DNA of 63,733 nucleotides, the filler included, from Sphingomonadaceae bacterium (GTDB lineage Bacteria > Chloroflexota > UBA6077), in NCBI GenBank assembly GCA_050261575.1. It is 8 parts of 8 records of this genome, joined end to end, with 100 filler letters (N's around TTAATTAATTAA, not from the genome) between each part and the next. Parts side by side here need not be neighbours in the genome. Positions count along the whole stretch, not along the records: positions 56,774 to 60,607 come from JBLNDL010000083.1; positions 60,708 to 63,733 come from JBLNDL010000089.1; 6 more parts are not named here. One strand, 5' to 3'. Shown here in pieces: positions 58,343-63,733 of the stretch. The notes beneath the pieces were generated by a model. That model had not been told where the DNA came from, ran no database searches, and was given only the letters and a program-made list of their open reading frames with translations. Position 1 is the first letter of the stretch. Each line of letters begins with the position of its first letter. The position numbers were made by a program, and so were the translations under genes.

Positions 58343-59365
58343 CTACCCGGAGCCGGGGGCTAGACGTGCTCCGCAGGATTCCCTTATCTCGAGATGGGTT
58401 TCGGATACCACGAGCCTCGGTGGCCGGTCTTTCTTCCGTGTGAGCCGGTCGATCAGAAGCCTGCAGGCCATCCTCCCCATCTCGTAGGTGCGGACAGACA
58501 CCGTGGTGAGCCTGGGGTTCAGCAGCTCCCCGAAGCGGATGCCGTCGAAACCAACCACGGCCACGTCCTTGGGGACTGAAAGCCCCTGGGACTGGACGGC
58601 GCTGATGGCGCCCATGGCGAGGATGTCGTTGGCCGCGAAGACCGCAGTGGGCGGGTAAGAGCGCCGCAGAAGGTTGCGCATGACGGCGTAGCCCTCCTGG
58701 AACTGGAAGCTTCCCTTCGTCACCACCAGCTTCTCGTCGATCGGGATCCCGGCTTCCGAATGGGCACGGCGGTACCCCTCCAGCCGCTCCTGGCCGGTCC
58801 GCAGAAAGAGGTTGCCGGCGATCATGGCTATTCGTCGGTGCCCCAACTGGATGAGGTGGCGCGTCGCCTCGTAGGCCCCCCCGGTGTTGTCGACGGCAAC
58901 GGTGTCCACCTCGACGCCGTCGAGGCGCCGACTCGCCAGCACCAGGGGGATCTTGCGGTCGAGGAGCCCCTGCAGATGCTCTCCCGAGTGTCCCGCGGAG
59001 ACCAGGATTATGCCGTCCACGTGTCTGTACTCGAGCAGCTCCAGGTAGCTCGTCTCCTTGCCCACCTTATTGTCGGTGTTGCAGAGGACCACACTGCGGC
59101 CCACTCGCTGGGCCTCGTCCTCGACTCCCCTGACGAGCCCCGAGTAGTAGGGGTTCAGGATGTCGGGGATGACCACCCCGATGGTCTTCGTCTCTTTGAG
59201 GACGAGGCTGCGGGCGAGGAAGTTCGGCCTGTAGTCGAGCCGCTGGACCGCCTCTTCGATCCTCCTGCGAGTCTCATCCTTCACGGTGATATGCCCACTG
59301 AGGACTCTGGAGACCGTGGCCGGGGAAACGCCGGCAAGGGCGGCGATGTCCTTGATGGTAGGCAA
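58343..59365 (-). CDS. LacI family transcriptional regulator
   Basis: TIKDIAALAGVSPATVSRVL HTH, YRPN..ARSL, VPKDVAVVGFD, LTTV, IRESC. Confidence 0.95.
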   Translation of the reverse strand: MPTIKDIAALAGVSPATVSRVLSGHITVKDETRRRIEEAVQRLDYRPNFLARSLVLKETKTIGVVIPDILNPYYSGLVRGVEDEAQRVGRSVVLCNTDNKVGKETSYLELLEYRHVDGIILVSAGHSGEHLQGLLDRKIPLVLASRRLDGVEVDTVAVDNTGGAYEATRHLIQLGHRRIAMIAGNLFLRTGQERLEGYRRAHSEAGIPIDEKLVVTKGSFQFQEGYAVMRNLLRRSYPPTAVFAANDILAMGAISAVQSQGLSVPKDVAVVGFDGIRFGELLNPRLTTVSVRTYEMGRMACRLLIDRLTRKKDRPPRLVVSETHLEIRESCGARLAPGSG

Positions 59366-59396
59366 CGGGATACCTCTTGCGGGGCGAAAGTGGTTT

Positions 59397-59450
59397 ACTA
59401 AAACGGTTTACTGGATGCCGGCATTATACCTACCGGGGCCACCACGTCAA
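59397..59450 (-). promoter_or_regulatory. Promoter with a downstream LacI-type operator (probable autoregulation)
   Basis: TTGACG-N16-TATAAT (59450-59423) followed by the quasi-palindrome AGTAAACCGTTTTAGT (59412-59397). Confidence 0.6.
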
Positions 59451-59723
59451 GCCCCAATTCGCTGGAAGATGCCCGTCGGTCAATGGGGCACGGTTGCGCG
59501 AGGAGCCCAGCCGGCGAAGGTTAGAGGTATCACTCGCCGGTGCACGCCCCGCAAGCACGTCAACACCCTGCTCAGGAGGCGGTCGGCGGGGAAGGAATGG
59601 AGAGGTGGTAAACCTGGAGAAGCCCCGGCTAATGAGAGGCTATCGTCGGATCTTAGCAGCCCTGCCGCAGTGACTCTCCTCGATGCTTCGAGGGCTCATA
59701 GACAGCTCGGTTCAGAGATGAGA

Positions 59724-59755
59724 TCCGAGTGGCCGTTAGGTAACGGCCACTCGGA
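59724..59755. repeat. Perfect 15-bp inverted repeat
   Basis: TCCGAGTGGCCGTTA-GG-TAACGGCCACTCGGA. Confidence 0.85.
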
Positions 59756-59849
59756 CAGGTGATCCAACTCCACACCTTGGCTCAAGGACGCTGCCAGTAG
59801 CTCGCCGCCTGCTGCCAGGCAAGGTGCGACGAGCCTGGCAGTGGAGGTC

Positions 59850-60607
59850 CTAGTAGAGGTCTTTGACCGCGAACTCCAACCCCAACTCCACCAGCTTCTG
59901 CTTCGTGGGATTCCCGGTCTCCAGATCCCACCCCCGGTAGCTGTAGTAGTCATCCTTCAACCGCTCCAGGGTCTCCCGTGGGATGTAGCTCCCCTTCATA
60001 GGGCCCTCCGGCACCGGCTCCTCCATGAAGCGGATCGGCAGTTGGTCGTCCTTGCGGGAGAAGCCCTCCCTGGCGGAGAAGCAGCGGATCATGTTCCACT
60101 GCCGTTCGGCTATCTGCCGCGCCTGCTGGAAGTCGAGCTTCCAGCCGGTGACGGCGTTCAGCGCCTCGATCACGTTGTCGCTGATCCTCAGCGGCCCCCA
60201 GATCGGCTCGCCCAGGTGGCACAGGAGGGCCGAATCGGTGAGGATCAGCCAGTGGTTGACCTCCGCCGCCAGGGCACCCTTGCCTTCGATCGCCTTTCGA
60301 TCCACAAGCCCGCTCTTCTCGGCGGTCGGCCGAATGTCGTGGTGGCTGCCACCCCTCGGCCCCGTGGCGTAGCCCACGGCCGCCGCAGGGAACGGCCGGC
60401 AGGTGTGGCCGGGCCACTCCAGCCCCTTGTTGTGGACCGCGAAGCGCTCGCTGCCCTTGCCCACCATCTTGGAGGCGTCCCTCGTCCCCTTGGCCAGGAG
60501 GGCGCCCAGCCCCTCCCGCTTGCCGATCTTCTCCGTCATCTCCAGCATCGCATCGGCGTTACCGAAGCGCAGGTCGATGCCGTCGGTGTCGGCCTTGGTG
60601 AAGATCC
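59850..60607 (-). CDS. Aldehyde ferredoxin oxidoreductase (W/Mo), 3' part
   Basis: HNKGLEWPGH, YATGPRGGSH, DSALLC, DDQLPIRF, YYSYRGWD..GNPTKQKLVELGL. Confidence 0.9.
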
Positions 60608-60707
60608 NNNNNNNNNNNNNNNNNNNNNNNNNNNNNNNNNNNNNNNNNNNNTTAATTAATTAANNNNNNNNNNNNNNNNNNNNNNNNNNNNNNNNNNNNN
60701 NNNNNNN
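60608..60707. other. Artificial contig linker
   Basis: N44-TTAATTAATTAA-N44. Confidence 0.98.
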
Positions 60708-60830
60708 CTCCGTTCGGAGCGTACGGAAGGGGCATGCTCAGGCGATCGGGCCACAGTCCGGAAGGCTGGCGCGCTTCCTGCTCGGGGAAGGGGGCTCTGA
60801 TACCCAACCCATGCCTGGAGGAGGCGGAGG

Positions 60831-61349
60831 ATGACTCAGATCGAGGCGAGAAAGCTGGAGATGGAGAAGGTGGTTCCGGACTTCATCCTTCCCTCGGTTG
60901 CCGGGAAGCAGGTCAGTCCTCGGGACTTCAAGCAGAAGTCCAACCTGGTGATCGTCTACCTCGACCTGCAGAAGTGTGGGAAGTGCGTCGACTTCCTGCG
61001 GGAACTGGCCGACAACTACCACGTTTACCGAGAGTTGGAGACGGAGATCCTGGCAGTCTCCCCGCAGCCGGTCTCGGATCTGCAGGGGAGGGCGGGGATC
61101 ATGGGGATCCCCTTCCCCCTGCTGTCCGACGAGCAGGGACAGGTGGGGCGCGCCTACCTGGGGGCGCAGGCGATCCCGAACGCGATGGGGGGGGTGTTCG
61201 TGACGGACCGCTTCGGGGCACTGCGAGCCATGATGATCGCCCAGACCGAAAACGACCTGCCCAACCAGCAGTCCATCCTGGACTGGCTGAGCCTGATCGA
61301 GATGGAATGTCCGGAATGCGGCCCCGGCGCCCCCAGCTTCCAACAGTAG
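60831..61349 (+). CDS. Redoxin / AhpC-TSA family protein
   Basis: PDFILPS, CGKC, FPLLSD, FVTDRFG, and a C-terminal ECPEC. Confidence 0.8.
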   Translation: MTQIEARKLEMEKVVPDFILPSVAGKQVSPRDFKQKSNLVIVYLDLQKCGKCVDFLRELADNYHVYRELETEILAVSPQPVSDLQGRAGIMGIPFPLLSDEQGQVGRAYLGAQAIPNAMGGVFVTDRFGALRAMMIAQTENDLPNQQSILDWLSLIEMECPECGPGAPSFQQ

Positions 61350-61361
61350 AGCTATCAGCCG

Positions 61362-62054
61362 TCAGCGGCCAGCCGTCAGCAGACCCGATAGCTGATAGCT
61401 GAGGGCTGATGGCTGTTGGATCTGGCGGAGGGAGTCGAGGCCGGAGACGAGGAAGTATCCTCCCAGGAGCAGCAGGAAGGCGCCGCAGGCTCCGAGGATC
61501 GCCTTGTAGATCCTGGGGGTGAGCAACCTGCGCCCCGCGGCCACCGCCGACCCCACGGCGCTGTTCCAGCCCAGATCGACCAGGAAGTGCACCAGGAAGA
61601 AGGCGGCGATCATCAAGGCTCCGTGGTAGTAAGCGCGGCGGAGGAGGTCGGTGCCGATGGTGGCCCACCAGAGGACCCAGTAGGGATTGGCGACGCTCGC
61701 GAGCATACCCGCGACCACCGGCCCGGCGCCACCCACGGTGGCGGGGCTGGCCGAGGAGAGAGAGGCAGGCGCGGGGGCGCGGATCATGCCTACCCCCATG
61801 TACAGGAGCAGCAGCCCGCCAAGGAACCCGATGGTGCCTGCGACCAGGGGAAGCTGCAAGACCTGGCTCAAACCCATGGCCAGCGCCACCACAAGCGATC
61901 CCTCGACGAGGCCGTGGCCGAGCGACACCAGAGGACCGGCCAAGTGGCCGCGGTTCACGGCGTGGGCGATGGTGAGGGTCATGACGGGGCCTGGCATCAG
62001 GGCGCCCGAGAGACTCACCAGGAAGGTAGAGGCGAGCAGGGCCACGATTTCCAC
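61362..62054 (-). CDS. LysE family translocator
   Basis: LSGALMPGP, GHGLVE, ANPYWVLWWATIG; GTG lies 7 nt after TAGAAT. Confidence 0.88.
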   Translation of the reverse strand: MEIVALLASTFLVSLSGALMPGPVMTLTIAHAVNRGHLAGPLVSLGHGLVEGSLVVALAMGLSQVLQLPLVAGTIGFLGGLLLLYMGVGMIRAPAPASLSSASPATVGGAGPVVAGMLASVANPYWVLWWATIGTDLLRRAYYHGALMIAAFFLVHFLVDLGWNSAVGSAVAAGRRLLTPRIYKAILGACGAFLLLLGGYFLVSGLDSLRQIQQPSALSYQLSGLLTAGR

Positions 62055-62147
62055 GGGCAATATTCTACCCCGCCTCACTGTCGCGGTGTCAAGACAGTGA
62101 GCATCGAGCCCTGCTCCACTCCATGGGGGGCTCAGCCCATGCGCGGC

Positions 62148-62318
62148 CTAGCGGTTCTCCTCAACGACCTGGCCGCACTTCTTGCAGAAGACCTCCATCG
62201 CCTGCTTCTCCGGGTTGTACTTCATTCCCCGCTGCAGGACCGGATGGTTACAGACCTTCTGCCCCTCGACCTTGTCTTTCTCCTGTCCGCCGATGGTGAT
62301 GCCGAGGATCTTGACCAC
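62148..62318 (-). CDS. 56-aa putative zinc-binding microprotein (absent from the ORF track)
   Basis: GGAGGAGG RBS; MVKILGITIGGQEKDKVEGQKVCNHPVLQRGMKYNPEKQAMEVFCKKCGQVVEENR; CxH..CxxC; strong GC3 bias. Confidence 0.75.
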   Translation of the reverse strand: MVKILGITIGGQEKDKVEGQKVCNHPVLQRGMKYNPEKQAMEVFCKKCGQVVEENR

Positions 62319-62727
62319 GTCCACACCTCCTCCGTCACCCCGCTTTTCTGGGGTATCCTGCTGCCGCCGTGGCAGTCAAGCCAGCGCAGTGGCGGACCGA
62401 GAAGGTGAGGGGCGCCGTCCCCCCCAAACCCTATAGGAGACTGGCTGCTCGGCAGTCTCTTGGTTGCCACGTTGGGTAACGGGTACGGGCACCCCGATCG
62501 CTCCCACCGTTCGTCAGCCCAACACTGCGCCGACGATTATGGAACAACGTCATTGTTGCACCATTCGGACTGGCAGTCAACGTTTCGGAGCGGGAAGAGG
62601 CCGACAGACAGGAGTAGACCTTGAACGGCGGATATCCTTTGTGCTAGATTTCCTCCCACCCGAGGCGATTTCCCTGGCGAAGTGTTTTCGCTCCGCCACC
62701 ACTGGCTCGACAAGACAGGAGGAGATG

Positions 62728-63660
62728 ATGGCCCAGGAACCCTTTGCCTACTTCAACGGCGATTTTGTCCCGATCAGCGAGGCCAAGGTCAGCATCATGA
62801 CCCATGCCCTCAACTACGGCACAGGGTGCTTCGAGGGCATCCGGGGCAATTGGAACGCCGAAAGGGGGCAGCTATACATCTTCCGGCTGCGCGAGCACTA
62901 CGAGCGGCTGGAGCGGAGCGGCAGGATCCTGAAGATGAAGCTTCCGCACGACGTCGACGAGTTGTGCCGGATTACCGTCGAGCTGGTGAAGCGGAATGGC
63001 TATCGGGAGGACATATACATCCGGCCCATCCTTTACAAAGGGCAGGCAGTGGTGGGTGTGCGGTTGCACGAGGTGGAAGACGCTTTCTCCATGTTCACGG
63101 TGCCTTTCGGCAACTACCTGGATTCGGGCAACGGGATCCGCTGCGGCACCGTCGGGTGGCGGCGGGTGGACGACGCGGCGATCCCGGCCAGGGCGAAGGT
63201 GACCGGCATCTACATCAACAGCGCGCTCGCCAAGACCGAGGCCATCGAGAACGGCCACGACGAAGCGATAATGTTGACCAATTCCGGCTTCGTATCCGAG
63301 GGCTCCGGCGAGAACATATTCCTGGTGATGGATGGCGCACTCGTGACCCCTGCCCCGTCGGAGAGCATCCTGGTGGGGATCACCCGCTCCTCGGTGATCC
63401 AGCTTGCTCGGGAGGAGTTGGGCATTCGGACGATCGAGCGGCAGGTGGCGAAGACGGAGCTGTACACCGCCCAGGAGGTGTTCATGACCGGCACGGCCGC
63501 GCATATCACGCCGGTCCTGGAGGTCGATCGCCGGAAGGTGGGCAATGGCACCATCGGGCCGATCACCAAGAAGCTGATGGATCTCTACTTCGACGTCATC
63601 ACCGGCCGGAACAGGAAGTACATGGAGTGGTGCACTCCCGTGTACCCCGAGGCCAAGTAG
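62728..63660 (+). CDS. ilvE: Branched-chain amino acid aminotransferase
   Basis: HALNYGTGCFEGIR, YIRP, AKVTGIY, SEGSGENIF, ILVGITR, FMTGTAA. Confidence 0.94.
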   Translation: MAQEPFAYFNGDFVPISEAKVSIMTHALNYGTGCFEGIRGNWNAERGQLYIFRLREHYERLERSGRILKMKLPHDVDELCRITVELVKRNGYREDIYIRPILYKGQAVVGVRLHEVEDAFSMFTVPFGNYLDSGNGIRCGTVGWRRVDDAAIPARAKVTGIYINSALAKTEAIENGHDEAIMLTNSGFVSEGSGENIFLVMDGALVTPAPSESILVGITRSSVIQLAREELGIRTIERQVAKTELYTAQEVFMTGTAAHITPVLEVDRRKVGNGTIGPITKKLMDLYFDVITGRNRKYMEWCTPVYPEAK

Positions 63661-63696
63661 ACGTATCCCGCCTCCGGTCCCCTATCCTTGGACAGA

Positions 63697-63732
63697 CGTG
63701 AGACGCTGCGCCAACTGGCGCCGCGTCTCACG
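63697..63732. repeat. REP-like palindrome
   Basis: CGTGAGACGC-TGCGCCA-AC-TGGCGCC-GCGTCTCACG; GAGACGCTGCGCC also occurs at 46381. Confidence 0.55.
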
Positions 63733-63733
63733 G

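Noticed and set aside
60831..61349. Possible selenoprotein redoxin
   Set aside because: The active-site motif is CGKC with ordinary Cys codons and there is no in-frame TGA.
61351..61414. Heptamer-like repeats (CAGCCGT / GCTGATA), with similar short tracts near 39289 and 41707
   Set aside because: Short degenerate palindromic repeats at gene ends; too few units to call an array or a system.

Overview
This window is not one locus. It is eight short, GC-rich contigs joined by seven identical 100-nt linkers (44 N, TTAATTAATTAA, 44 N), so gene neighbourhoods only mean something within a contig. The gene content (class F-like sortase, LPxAG-type surface protein, L,D-transpeptidase, stand-alone gyrB, MoxR-DUF58-transglutaminase triad, aldehyde ferredoxin oxidoreductase) suggests a monoderm bacterium, plausibly Chloroflexota; this is inference. 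Recognisable genes include gyrB, the 5' end of fusA, uvsE, pxpABC, namA, ggt, ilvE, tRNA-Ala(CGC), MATE/RND/NRAMP/LysE transporters and several oxidoreductases. I found no rRNA, CRISPR array or intact mobile element. The most interesting signals are: (1) a ~290-nt structured, essentially non-coding transcription unit with a consensus promoter and terminator (54406-54732, minus); (2) a coupled four-gene operon of pyruvyltransferase-like protein, reductase/acyl-CoA-ligase fusion, small Cys-containing protein and Fe-S GMC oxidoreductase; (3) a collapsed mosaic relic of a mycofactocin-associated cluster; (4) six sigma-54-type -24/-12 motifs upstream of envelope/stress genes; (5) a terminator-containing leader before a fusA that is not preceded by rpsG. 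All family assignments come from motif recognition by eye, not from database searches.
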